Of a DNA stretch of 64,000 bases, positions 17,348 through 27,375 are shown one piece after another (position 1 is the first letter of the stretch; every line of letters begins with the position of its first letter). The position numbers and the translations under genes are program-made. The notes beneath the pieces were generated by a model, which ran no database searches, was not told the origin of the DNA, and saw nothing but the letters and a program-made list of their open reading frames with translations. Origin of the DNA: Sedimentisphaerales bacterium (GTDB lineage: Bacteria; Planctomycetota; Phycisphaerae; Sedimentisphaerales; Anaerobacaceae); contig JAXGYC010000007.1 of assembly GCA_040772485.1 (NCBI GenBank), positions 928,001 through 992,000 on the forward strand. Reading direction: 5' to 3'.

Positions 17348-19150
17348 ATGGAAACCGTGCTGAAGCACCGAACCCTGATCGACCTCTTCGAAGGATCCAT
17401 GGCGAGAGTCGTCCGCCCCGAGAAGGTCTGTGCGGAGATCATCAACGGCGACCGCCGCGGTACGCTGACGTTTGAACAACTCCGACGCCGATCTGAAGCC
17501 TTTGCCCACAGACTGGCCGGCTGCGAACACATCGGTCCGCAGGACCGAGTGGCCCTGGTCGCGAAGAATCGAACGGACTGGGATGTCGCCCTGTGGGGCA
17601 TTCTGCGGGCCGGCGCGGTTCCCGTACTGATCGACCCGGATCGGGGACTCCAAGGCGTGATCGCGCACCTCGAAGCCACCGACGCACGCGCTCTGATTGT
17701 GGCCGACGATTATGCGGACGCCGCTGACCGGGAGGAACTGACGGCCCAGGCCAGAGCCAGAGGACTGGGCGTGATTCCGATGACCGACCAGCCTCTTGGA
17801 GAAGGCGATCTCATCGGGCCGCGAGACCTTGGCGCGATTCACAGAACGATCCGCCCCGACGACACAGCCGTGGTGCTGTGCACCTCGGGAACCACGGGCG
17901 ATCCGCGCGAGGTGGAGCTGACCCACACCAACCTCATCGCCAACCTCGAAGGCTCGATCCGCCGAGTGGACCTCGGTCCGCAGGATATCCTGGGGCACAT
18001 CCTGCCGCCCCACCACTCTTTCGGCCTGACCGTAGGCAAGCTCCTGCCCCTGCTGGCGGCGGCCACCAGCATCTACACCAACCGCTATCGCGAAGTCGCC
18101 GATCTGATCCGCGACCGGAAGATCACGATTTTCATCGCCATTCCAGCGCTCTTCACGACGCTGGCCCGCAAACTCGAAGACGGCCTCGACCGGCAGAAAC
18201 ACAAGAGCCTGATTCTCCGACTCCTCGACCGGTACACGCCAAGGTATGTCGGCAGGCAGATTCGCAAGAGACAGGGCTGGACCGGCCTTCGGTTCTTCCT
18301 GTCGGGCGCTGCGCCGATGCCGCGCTGGGTCCTCGACACCCTGTGGAAGCGAGGCTTTCGGATGTACGAGGGCTACGGCACGACGGAGAACTCTCCCGTC
18401 TACGGCTTCAACGAGCGGCTCGACAAGCTCGGCTCGGTCGGAAAACCGATCGACACCCTGTCGGTCAAGATCGTGGACGAGGAGAACCGTACCCAGGAAC
18501 CCCGTCAGAAGGGAGAGATTTGCCTCGGCGGCCCCTGCATCATGAAAGGCTACTATCGGAACGCCCAGGCGACGCAGGCGGTGACCCATACCGACTCGCA
18601 GGGCGTCCGCTGGCTCCACACCGGCGATCTCGGCTACCTCGACGAGGACGGCTACCTGTACATCACCGGCCGCAAGAAGTACCTCATCATCCTGCCGGGC
18701 GGCAAGAACGTCAATCCGGAGCGCGTCGAGACGGCGCTGTCACAGGCCCGCTTCGTCAAGGAGGTCCTCGTCGTCCCGACCCGGCGGACCGACCCCAACG
18801 GCGTTATGGAGGAGACCATGCGCGCTCTCGTACAGCCGGCGTGGGAAACCCTTGAGGGCCATACCCACCGTCCCAGGCAGGAGCTTCTGTCCGAGCTTCA
18901 CACGGTCAAGAATCTCATCTGGGAAAGCATTCGAGACTGCCAGCAGAACAACAAACACCTGTCCGGATTCGAGAGGATCGCCGCGCACCAGCTTGAGATC
19001 TATACCAGCGAATTCGCCAAGACCTCAAGCGGAAAAATTCGACGCGAGCAGTACATCGATCTGGAACATCTCGCGGCCAAGCACACGCCCGTCGTGGGAT
19101 ATGTCCGCACGCCCGTTCGCTCGCGCGGGCAGGACACCGCGACCGTGTGA
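17348..19150 (+). CDS. AMP-binding enzyme, long-chain fatty acid-CoA ligase family
   Basis: TSGTTGDP, LSGAAP, YEGYGTTE, MKGYY, WLHTGDLG, ITGRKK, GGKNV.P, KTSSGKIRR. GGAG SD before ATG 17348. Confidence 0.9.
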   Translation: METVLKHRTLIDLFEGSMARVVRPEKVCAEIINGDRRGTLTFEQLRRRSEAFAHRLAGCEHIGPQDRVALVAKNRTDWDVALWGILRAGAVPVLIDPDRGLQGVIAHLEATDARALIVADDYADAADREELTAQARARGLGVIPMTDQPLGEGDLIGPRDLGAIHRTIRPDDTAVVLCTSGTTGDPREVELTHTNLIANLEGSIRRVDLGPQDILGHILPPHHSFGLTVGKLLPLLAAATSIYTNRYREVADLIRDRKITIFIAIPALFTTLARKLEDGLDRQKHKSLILRLLDRYTPRYVGRQIRKRQGWTGLRFFLSGAAPMPRWVLDTLWKRGFRMYEGYGTTENSPVYGFNERLDKLGSVGKPIDTLSVKIVDEENRTQEPRQKGEICLGGPCIMKGYYRNAQATQAVTHTDSQGVRWLHTGDLGYLDEDGYLYITGRKKYLIILPGGKNVNPERVETALSQARFVKEVLVVPTRRTDPNGVMEETMRALVQPAWETLEGHTHRPRQELLSELHTVKNLIWESIRDCQQNNKHLSGFERIAAHQLEIYTSEFAKTSSGKIRREQYIDLEHLAAKHTPVVGYVRTPVRSRGQDTATV

Positions 19151-19294
19151 CAGGCGGGAAACACATTGCACCACACACGTCGGACGGTATAATCACGTCC
19201 ATAGAGTCCGGCGATGGGTCCTCCACCAAGACGTGGGTCCAGGCCCATCCAATAGCGTGGTGTCGTCCAAGTGAATTGAAAGGAGGACCGCACA

Positions 19295-20545
19295 ATGCCA
19301 CAGACGCAGAATCCCACCCCACTGGAGCCCGTTTCCGAGAAGATCAGTCGGCGCCGATTCATGACCGGCGCGGCCGCGGCGTCCCTGGCCGTGGTGGCCC
19401 CGGGCGCCGTCCGCACCTTTGCGGCCAACTCCAAGATCAATCTGGGCGTTATCGGCTGCGGCGGACGCGGCACCTGGATCGCCAAGCTCTTCAAGGCCCA
19501 TGGCGGATACAACGTCGTCGCGGCAGCGGACTACTTCCAGGATCGCACGGATCGTCTTGGCAACGAAGTCGGTGTGCCCGCGGCCGATCGCTACACCGGG
19601 CTCAAAGGCTATCTGAAGCTTCTGGACAAGGTGGATGCCGTGGCGATCATTACCCCGCCCTACTTCCACCCCGAGCAGGCGGCCGCCGGCGTCGACGCCG
19701 GCAAGCACGTCTATCTCGCCAAGCCTATCGCGGTCGACGTCCCGGGGTGTCTGAGCATCGAGAACAGCGGCAAGACCGCCCGGCAGAGGAAACGCTGCTT
19801 CCTCGTCGATTTCCAGACGCGGGTGGACCCGTTCTACATGGAGGCGCTGCGGCGCGTGCATGAGGAGAAAGCCCTTGGCAACTTTGCCTTCGGTGAGTGC
19901 ACCTATCACGCGGGCGACCCGTTCACAGGCTACTATGAAACCTGGAAATCGGACCCGGACAACCCTGAGAATCGCCTGCGGGCCTGGGGCCTGGACAAAG
20001 TCCTGTCCGGCGACATCATCACCGAGCAGAACATCCACACGCTCGACGTGATGAACTGGATCATGCAGGAGCCACCGCTATGGGCGGTCGGCAGCGGCGG
20101 GCGCAAGTTCCGTCCGGTCGGCACCTGCTATGACACCTTCAGCGCCCTGTTCCAGTATCCCAACGACGTCGCGATCACATTCAGTTCGCGCCAATCCAAC
20201 GGATACGGCACACAGCCGGAAGGTATCCGCAACCGCATGTTCGGCACGGAGGGCATCCTCGAGACCGAGTACGGCGGACAGGTCCTCATCCGAGGCGACC
20301 ACTTCTATCGCGGCGGCAGTTCGCCGGGGATCTACCAGGACGGCGCCATCGCCAATATCAAGACCTTCTACGACAGCGTCACCGGCGGCCACTTTGAGAA
20401 CCCGACCGTCGAGTGCAGCGTGCGCAGCAACCTGATTACCATACTCGGCCGCATCGCCGCCTACGAGAAACGCATGGTCACCTGGAACGAGCTGATGAGC
20501 AGCAAGGAGAAGCTCGACGCCAACCTCAAGGGCGTGAAGGCATAA
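19295..20545 (+). CDS. Tat-exported Gfo/Idh/MocA family oxidoreductase
   Basis: SRRRFM Tat motif, GVIGCGGRG, GKHVYLAKP, EQNIHTLD. GAAAGGAGG SD. Confidence 0.9.
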   Translation: MPQTQNPTPLEPVSEKISRRRFMTGAAAASLAVVAPGAVRTFAANSKINLGVIGCGGRGTWIAKLFKAHGGYNVVAAADYFQDRTDRLGNEVGVPAADRYTGLKGYLKLLDKVDAVAIITPPYFHPEQAAAGVDAGKHVYLAKPIAVDVPGCLSIENSGKTARQRKRCFLVDFQTRVDPFYMEALRRVHEEKALGNFAFGECTYHAGDPFTGYYETWKSDPDNPENRLRAWGLDKVLSGDIITEQNIHTLDVMNWIMQEPPLWAVGSGGRKFRPVGTCYDTFSALFQYPNDVAITFSSRQSNGYGTQPEGIRNRMFGTEGILETEYGGQVLIRGDHFYRGGSSPGIYQDGAIANIKTFYDSVTGGHFENPTVECSVRSNLITILGRIAAYEKRMVTWNELMSSKEKLDANLKGVKA

Positions 20546-20560
20546 GAATCGCGAACACCT

Positions 20561-20600
20561 CGTGCGTGCGATCTCGCGGAATCGCCAGGTCGCACGCACG
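20561..20600. repeat. Intergenic palindrome (REP-like hairpin)
   Basis: CGTGCGTGCGATCT...AGGTCGCACGCACG. Confidence 0.55.
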
Positions 20601-20621
20601 GCCATTCATGGAGGTCTACGC

Positions 20622-21515
20622 GTGAACGGACGAACGCTGAACCGCCGCGACATGCTGGCCGGGGCCGCCCTGACCCTGGCGGGATTGTCACTGACAACCT
20701 CGTGCGCCTCGTCGGGTGCGAAGGGAACGGCCCGCAAGAAACCCGCCGGCTTCAAACTGGGGGTCTGCGACTGGACGATCGGCCGGACCACTCAGCCGGA
20801 GGCGTTCGACGTCGCCAGGCGAATCGGCCTGGACGGAGTGCAGGTTGATTTCGGCCGGGCCGCCGAGGAGTTGCCCCTGTTCAACCCCGCCCTGCAACAG
20901 AGTATTCTCGACCGCGCGGCGCAGAACCAGCTCGAAGTGGCCTCGCTGGCCATGGGCACGCTCAACGACATCCCGTACAAGAGCGACCTGCGCACCGAGC
21001 GATGGGTCGAGCGGGCTATCGACGTCTGCCAGGCGATGAAGACGGACATCGTGCTGCTGGCCTTCTTCGGCAACGGAGACCTCCTCGACGACCCGATCGG
21101 AGTCGATGCCACCGTCGAACGTCTCAAGAAGGTCGCGCCCAAGGCGGAGAAGGCGGGCGTGGCTCTTGCCATCGAGTCGTGGCTCAGCGCCCCGCGTCAT
21201 CTGGAGATCATCGAGCGCGTCGGCTCGCCGGCGATCAAGGTCTACTATGACGTCGGCAATTCCCACCTGAAGGGCTATGACATCTACCAGGAGATCCGTG
21301 CGCTGGGCAAGCACATCGTCCAGTTCCACGCGAAGGACTACGACAACCTCTACGGCCGGGGCTCGATCGACTTCGTCCGCGTCCGGGAAGCGATGGACGA
21401 CATCGGCTACCGTGGCTGGCTCGTCATGGAAGGCACCAAGATGCCGCTCGGCGTCGAAGAGAGCTGCCGGTACGATGCGGAATACCTCAGAACGATCTTT
21501 CCGCCCAAGGTCTGA
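20622..21515 (+). CDS. Tat-exported sugar phosphate isomerase/epimerase (xylose-isomerase-like TIM barrel)
   Basis: NRRDML Tat motif; LAIES, YYDVGN, FHAKD, LVME metal ligands. GGAGG SD before GTG. Confidence 0.88.
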   Translation: MNGRTLNRRDMLAGAALTLAGLSLTTSCASSGAKGTARKKPAGFKLGVCDWTIGRTTQPEAFDVARRIGLDGVQVDFGRAAEELPLFNPALQQSILDRAAQNQLEVASLAMGTLNDIPYKSDLRTERWVERAIDVCQAMKTDIVLLAFFGNGDLLDDPIGVDATVERLKKVAPKAEKAGVALAIESWLSAPRHLEIIERVGSPAIKVYYDVGNSHLKGYDIYQEIRALGKHIVQFHAKDYDNLYGRGSIDFVRVREAMDDIGYRGWLVMEGTKMPLGVEESCRYDAEYLRTIFPPKV

Positions 21516-21559
21516 GAAGACCGCAGCGAACCCCCAAGGGGAGAAAGGCAAGTGGGACC

Positions 21560-22930
21560 ATGAAAGCACGCAAAGCCGCCACGATTCTGCTGACTCCGTT
21601 CGTCGTCTCTCTGGCCGCCGCCACTCCGCTGGACGATTATGTCGCCAAGCCGGATCCCAGCTACACGTACAGCCTCGTGCGCACGATCGATCACCCCCAG
21701 GGCAAGATCCATATCATCGATCTGAAGTCACAGACCTGGCGCAGCGAGAACGAGGTCAACCGGACCCTCTGGCAGCACTGGCTGACGATCGTCGTACCCA
21801 ACGACGTCGCGTTCGACACTGCCCTGCTGTGGATCACCGGGGGCAGCAATGACCGCCCCGCGCCGACCATGCCCGACGATATGCTCGCCAACATCGCGCT
21901 GCGCAGCAAATCGGTCGTCGCGGAACTGCGCATGGTGCCCAATCAGCCGCTGGTGTTCCCGGACGACCCGGACAACCAGCGCTATGAGGACGAGATCATC
22001 GCGTACACGTTCGACAGGTTCTTGCGGACCGAGGACCCGACCTGGCCGCTGCTGCTGCCGATGGTCAAGAGCGCCGTCCGGGCGATGGACACGATTCAGG
22101 ATCATCTGACGAAAGCCACCGGCGGCAAGCTGGCGATCAAGAGCTTCGTCGTCTCCGGCGGATCGAAGCGAGGCTGGACCACGTGGCTGACGGCGGCCGT
22201 CGACAAACGCGTGCGCGCCATCGCTCCGGTGGTGATCGACGTGCTCAACATGAACGAGCAGATGCGACACCACTTCGCGGCTTATGGCTTCTACTCCCCT
22301 GCCATCGGCGACTACGAGCAGATGAAGATCTTCGATCGGCTCGACTCGCAGGGCGGCACGGAAATCCGCAACTTCGTCGATCCTTTCGAATACTGCGACC
22401 GTTACACGATGCCCAAGTTTCTCATCAACTCGGCGGGCGACCAGTTCTTCCTGCCCGATTCGGCCCAGTTCTATTTCGGCGATCTGCCGGCGGACAAGTA
22501 CCTTCTCTACTGCGCCAACACCGACCACGGCCTGGACGGCTCGGAGGCCGACAAGGCCCTGCTGGTGTGGTATCAGTCGATTCTCACGGGGCGCGAGCGG
22601 CCGCAGTTCTCGTGGGAAAAGCCAGCGGATGGCCGCCTCCTCGTCACTACCCGGACGCGGCCACAGCAGGTCAGTCTCTGGACGGCTACCAACGCGGAGG
22701 CTCGTGATTTCCGTCTGGAGAAGATCGGCAAGGCGTGGAAGAGCAGTCCGCTGACCGCTACCGGCTCCGGCACGTACGACGTTCGCGTCCCGACGCCGGA
22801 CAAAGGCTGGACCGCCTACTTCGTCGAGCTGCTGTTCGATTCCGGAACGCCCATTCCCTACCGCTTCTCGACCGAGGTTCGCGTCGTGCCCAACACGCTG
22901 CCCTACGCGGACAAGCTCCAGGGCAACTGA
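21560..22930 (+). CDS. PhoPQ-activated protein PqaA family (alpha/beta-hydrolase-like)
   Basis: TPLDDYVAKPD, SQTW, WQHWL, VPNQP, EDEIIAYT, PMVKS, VSGGSKRGWTTWL, GDQFFLPD. Confidence 0.9.
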   Translation: MKARKAATILLTPFVVSLAAATPLDDYVAKPDPSYTYSLVRTIDHPQGKIHIIDLKSQTWRSENEVNRTLWQHWLTIVVPNDVAFDTALLWITGGSNDRPAPTMPDDMLANIALRSKSVVAELRMVPNQPLVFPDDPDNQRYEDEIIAYTFDRFLRTEDPTWPLLLPMVKSAVRAMDTIQDHLTKATGGKLAIKSFVVSGGSKRGWTTWLTAAVDKRVRAIAPVVIDVLNMNEQMRHHFAAYGFYSPAIGDYEQMKIFDRLDSQGGTEIRNFVDPFEYCDRYTMPKFLINSAGDQFFLPDSAQFYFGDLPADKYLLYCANTDHGLDGSEADKALLVWYQSILTGRERPQFSWEKPADGRLLVTTRTRPQQVSLWTATNAEARDFRLEKIGKAWKSSPLTATGSGTYDVRVPTPDKGWTAYFVELLFDSGTPIPYRFSTEVRVVPNTLPYADKLQGN

Positions 22931-22992
22931 CAGCTTCGAGCGGAAGAGAAAGCACGGTCGGCCGGCCATCGACCGACCGTGCCTGTTGCTGT

Positions 22993-24186
22993 CTACTTCT
23001 CGTTGCCCCACAACTGGGCGCCGCTGCCGTGGTTCTTGCGCCACTCGTCGCGCCAGCGATGGATGTCACTGACGCCGATGTACGACTTGGGCTGACGCGC
23101 TTCCTTGCCGGGCATGGGCGCGAGCTTGTGTAGAGGCGGCGCCTGGTACCAGTACGCCACGCTGGCCATGTCGAGCGTCAGGTTGTTGTCGTGCCCGTGC
23201 TCGATCGTGAACCTCAGTGACGTGTTGAAGTAGATCGGATCGCTGATATGGAAGCGGTACGCGTGGGTCCGGCCCAGCCAGCCGATGTCATCGTTGACGC
23301 GGGCGTACCCGAAATACGGATGCGTGTAGATCGTCTTGGGACACCAGGAGCCATTGAAGTAGTCTTCCGTCCCGGTCCCGTGGAGCGTGGGCCGGGTGTC
23401 CCCGTCGATGAAGACCATGTCGTCGCCTTCGCCGTACCACATCGGGGTCGGACAGTGCACGTAGTAGTTGACGCCGACGAAGTGTCCCTTGCCCTTGACG
23501 TCGACGATCAGATAGTTGTCCTTGCCGTCGGGGTTGTTCCCTTGCGGCCCCGTCACGCCCCACTCGGTCTCCCCTTCGGGCGGGGCCTCGGTCAACTCGT
23601 GATTGTACCAGGCGCAGAACCGGCCCATGTCATCGGCCAGCGCATCGACCTCGACGTAGTCTACGAAGTAGTAAAACGCATCGATCTCGCGTCCCGTCTG
23701 GTTTTCGATCTCGATCCGGGCGCCTTTGGCGAACGGCATGGCGAAGTACGACACCATCGCCCGGCCTTCCACCGGGCCGACCGCCAGCGGCAGGCTCACG
23801 AAGGGGTAGCTCTCATTCCACCCCTGCCCGAAGAACGGCCCGATGGGGGACTCCACCGACGGGAATTCGTTTCCGTCCCAGTACATGCGAAGGATGATGT
23901 CGTTTCGGTTCAGTTGCTCCGGCGGCGGCGCAATCGTGATCCAGATGTGATTGATGATCCCGGCCCCCTGAACGTTGAACAGCTCGCGTTTCTGCCCGTC
24001 CGCGATGTGCTCGAAGCGGTCGTTGTTGCCTCCCGAGCGGTCGTAGCTGCTGACCCGCCGGGTGCGCATGTCGCTCTGCACGCGGGCCAGTCCAAGCAGA
24101 TCGCTGCCATGCCCCACCGCAGCCGGCGAAGGCGTCTGCAAAGCCAACAGGACCAAAACGAGTGCGACAGAAAGGTGCTTGCTCAT
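22993..24186 (-). CDS. Secreted DUF2961 / glycoside hydrolase family 172 protein
   Basis: SSYDRSGGNND, GIINHIWIT, LRMYWDG, MPFAKGARIEIEN, WYGEGD, GTGTEDYF, TIEHGH. Confidence 0.9.
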   Translation of the reverse strand: MSKHLSVALVLVLLALQTPSPAAVGHGSDLLGLARVQSDMRTRRVSSYDRSGGNNDRFEHIADGQKRELFNVQGAGIINHIWITIAPPPEQLNRNDIILRMYWDGNEFPSVESPIGPFFGQGWNESYPFVSLPLAVGPVEGRAMVSYFAMPFAKGARIEIENQTGREIDAFYYFVDYVEVDALADDMGRFCAWYNHELTEAPPEGETEWGVTGPQGNNPDGKDNYLIVDVKGKGHFVGVNYYVHCPTPMWYGEGDDMVFIDGDTRPTLHGTGTEDYFNGSWCPKTIYTHPYFGYARVNDDIGWLGRTHAYRFHISDPIYFNTSLRFTIEHGHDNNLTLDMASVAYWYQAPPLHKLAPMPGKEARQPKSYIGVSDIHRWRDEWRKNHGSGAQLWGNEK

Positions 24187-24414
24187 CTCTGTGACCTCCT
24201 TCTCAATTGAGATTCCCTGTGCCGGACTGACACGCGTCCCATACTCGCGCCAGTACGCCGCAACGCGTGGAACAGGCTCTCGGCAGTATAATGCCCGTGT
24301 CGTTCGTCCGCCAAATACCGTTCCGGAAATCTATGGACAGTCCGGCCGCAGTTCACTACGCTGTCGTCCACGATCAGAGGCCCGGACAGACCGCAACAGA
24401 ACCGGACGCTGCCT

Positions 24415-25860
24415 ATGGCGCAGGACCACAAGCAGGCGAGTGACTTGAACGTTCCGACCGCTCCGAAGGGGCTGGGCATCCTGCTCGTGGTAGGCCCGAG
24501 CATGGTCTGGGCGGCCGAATACATCGGCTCGGGCGAGGTCATCATCGCCACCCGCACCGGCGCGATCCTCGGCACAGCGGTCCTTTGGGCGGTAGTCCTC
24601 GGCGTGTTCCTGAAGTTCTGGATCGGCGTGGCCGGCGCACGCTATACCGTTTGCACGGGCGAAGGAATGGTCGATATGTTCGACCGCATGCCGGGCCCGC
24701 GTCACTGGGGCGTCTGGATCGTCCTGGTGGTCCAGTTCTTTTGCGCGGTCATGTCAACAGGGGCCTTGGCGACATCGGCCGGCACATTCATCCAGAGCCT
24801 CCTACCGTGGGCCAAACTCTGGCACTGTGGCCTGTTCGCGATCGTATTCGCTGTGGCGGTGGCGTGGTCGGGAGTCTTCGGCGTCTTGAAGGTCTTCATG
24901 AGCCTGTTCGTGCTCATCATCGTCGTCGGCGCCATGTACATCGCCTGCCGTGTGTTCCCCAGTTTCGCCGAACTGGCAGCCGGACTGACCGGCCGGCTTC
25001 CCGCCGTACCCGAATGGGCCTCCGCCATGGAGAGCGTCGAAGACAGCGCCTGGCAGGAGATCCTGCCCGTCCTGGGCTGGGGCGCCGGCGGCTTCGCCTC
25101 CCAGGTCTGGTATACCTACTGGGTGATCGGGGCCGGCTACGGCGCCACCGCCGGACGGGGCTATGGCAGACCCGCCGACCTCGCCGCTCTGCGCGCAATG
25201 CCTATCGAGACGGCGCAACGCATCAAGGGCTGGTGCTATACGCTCTACGCAGATTCGAGTCTTGCCATGGTGCTGGGCATCCTGGTTACCGGCGCATTCC
25301 TCGTCGCCGGGGCGGGCATCCTGGGCGCCGAGCACATGGTCCCGGAAAACCGCAACATGGCGGAGGTGCTGTCGGAGGTCTTCGCTCGCCGCTGGGACCG
25401 GCTGGGCGGTTTCGTGTTCAAACTGTGCGGCGCGGTCGCGATGGTCTCGACGCTGATGGGCCAGCTTGCCGGCTGGCCTCGCCTGCTGGCCGACTCGTGT
25501 CGAATCTGCATCCCCGGCTTCAACGCAAGACTTGCCTGGAAACAGCAGTTTCACCTGTTCCTGATCCTGTTCTTCTGCACGAGCGTGCTGATCGTCTGCC
25601 TGCTCGGCAAGGAACCGATCTCCCTGCTGAAGATCTCGTCGATCCTGGAGGGGATTCTGCTGATCGCGCTGCAAGCGGCGGCGGTTGCGTTCGGGCTTTT
25701 CGTCGTCATGCCCCGGATGCTCTCGAAAGAGGCGGGCCGCGTGCTCAGGCCCGGCTGGGTCTTCGCAGTCGGACTGCTCGGCACGCTCGTGTTCTACGGC
25801 TACCTCTGCGTGACGCAGGTCCCCCAAGTCCTGCTGGAAATCCTCGGCCTGGCCGGCTAA
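24415..25860 (+). CDS. Nramp-family (APC superfamily) transporter-like membrane protein
   Basis: GPSMVWAAEYIGSGEVIIATRTGA...ARYTVCTGE; about 11 hydrophobic segments. Confidence 0.75.
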   Translation: MAQDHKQASDLNVPTAPKGLGILLVVGPSMVWAAEYIGSGEVIIATRTGAILGTAVLWAVVLGVFLKFWIGVAGARYTVCTGEGMVDMFDRMPGPRHWGVWIVLVVQFFCAVMSTGALATSAGTFIQSLLPWAKLWHCGLFAIVFAVAVAWSGVFGVLKVFMSLFVLIIVVGAMYIACRVFPSFAELAAGLTGRLPAVPEWASAMESVEDSAWQEILPVLGWGAGGFASQVWYTYWVIGAGYGATAGRGYGRPADLAALRAMPIETAQRIKGWCYTLYADSSLAMVLGILVTGAFLVAGAGILGAEHMVPENRNMAEVLSEVFARRWDRLGGFVFKLCGAVAMVSTLMGQLAGWPRLLADSCRICIPGFNARLAWKQQFHLFLILFFCTSVLIVCLLGKEPISLLKISSILEGILLIALQAAAVAFGLFVVMPRMLSKEAGRVLRPGWVFAVGLLGTLVFYGYLCVTQVPQVLLEILGLAG

Positions 25861-25911
25861 GCTATGGGTTTGGCGACGGGCACCGGCCCGGTCGCAGCTA
25901 CCCCTTGACTC

Positions 25912-27366
25912 ATGGAGGGCAGAACTTTGAACGGACTGGATCTCTCGACCGTCCTGGCGGCGCAGGCCTCCGGCGGGACCAGCATAGTCGGCCCCCTGCT
26001 CATTCTGATCGTCGGCATCGCCATCGTCATCGGCATGATCGTGGTGCTTCGCGTCAACGCCTTCCTGGCGTTGATTGCGGCGGCTGTGGTCGTAAGTCTC
26101 TTGGCGCCGGGCGAGTTCAGCACCAAGATCAGCCGGGTCGCTGGCGAGTTCGGCGCCATGGCAGGAAAGGTCGGCGTGGTCATCGCCCTGGCGGCGATCA
26201 TCGGGGACTGCCTGATCGCCTCCGGCGCCGCCGACCGCGTCGTGCGCGTGTTCGTCCGCCTGTTCGGCCAGAAGCGATGCGAAGTGTCGCTCATGGCCAG
26301 CGGTTTCGTCCTGTCGGTCCCGGTCTTCTTCGACACCGTGTTCTACCTGCTGCTGCCGCTGGCTCGCTCGATGCATCGGCAGACTCGAAAGAGCTACCTG
26401 CTCCTGATCCTGGCGATGGGCGCCGGCGCCTCGATCACGCACTCCATGGTCCCTCCGACGCCCGGCCCGCTGATCATCGCCGAGACGCTGCACGTCGATC
26501 TGGGCACGATGATCGGCATAGGACTGCTCTGCTCGATTCCGACCGCAGTCGTGGTCCTGCTGCTCGTCCGCTTCCTGGCGAAACGGATCGAGATTCCCAT
26601 GCGTGCCCTCGACGGCTCGCGGACCGAGCCTGATCCATTGCCGGACGACAAGCTGCCCGGCCTACTCCTGTCCGTGTTGCCCATCATTCTGCCGGTCCTG
26701 CTGATCACCATGCACACAGTCGTTTCCTCGCTGGCCAAGAAGGCTACCCCGGACTCGGTCCTCGTTCGGACCGAGACACACACCGCCGTGCTCGGCAACC
26801 CCAATCTGGCGATGATGCTCTCGGCGGCGGTCGCCCTGTACGTTCTCTGGCGTCAGCGCAAACCCGGCCGCGAAGGGCTCGCCCGGATGATCGAGACGTC
26901 GCTGATGAGCGCCGGCGTCATCATCCTGATCACCTCCGCCGGCGGCGCTTTCGGCGCCATGCTCAAGGAGGCCCAGATCGGTCCGGCCATCCAGAACCTG
27001 TCCATCGGCGGCGACACGCAACTGGGCGGCCTGAAGCTGCTCTTCATGGGCTTCTTTGTCGCCTTCCTCATCAAATTCGCCCAGGGAAGCAGCACCGTCT
27101 CGATGATGACAACCTCGGCCATGATGGCGGCGCTGATTCCATCGACCGACGTGTTGGGTTACCATCCGGTCTATCTGGCCGCCGCCATCGGGTTCGGCGC
27201 CCAGTGCGGCAACTGGATGAATGACTCGGGCTTCTGGGTCTTCGCCAAGATGGGCGGCCTGACCGAGGTCGAGACACTCAAGACCTGGACGGTCACGGTC
27301 AGCAGCACCGCGGTGATCGGCCTGTTCTTCGTGACCTTGTTCGCTATGTTCCTGCCGTTGACGTGA
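25912..27366 (+). CDS. GntP family gluconate/sugar-acid:H+ symporter
   Basis: PVFFDT.FYLLLP, HSMVPPTPGP, AGGAFG, AQGSSTV, WMNDSGFW, ETLKTWT. Confidence 0.92.
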   Translation: MEGRTLNGLDLSTVLAAQASGGTSIVGPLLILIVGIAIVIGMIVVLRVNAFLALIAAAVVVSLLAPGEFSTKISRVAGEFGAMAGKVGVVIALAAIIGDCLIASGAADRVVRVFVRLFGQKRCEVSLMASGFVLSVPVFFDTVFYLLLPLARSMHRQTRKSYLLLILAMGAGASITHSMVPPTPGPLIIAETLHVDLGTMIGIGLLCSIPTAVVVLLLVRFLAKRIEIPMRALDGSRTEPDPLPDDKLPGLLLSVLPIILPVLLITMHTVVSSLAKKATPDSVLVRTETHTAVLGNPNLAMMLSAAVALYVLWRQRKPGREGLARMIETSLMSAGVIILITSAGGAFGAMLKEAQIGPAIQNLSIGGDTQLGGLKLLFMGFFVAFLIKFAQGSSTVSMMTTSAMMAALIPSTDVLGYHPVYLAAAIGFGAQCGNWMNDSGFWVFAKMGGLTEVETLKTWTVTVSSTAVIGLFFVTLFAMFLPLT

Positions 27367-27375
27367 GGTGACAGA

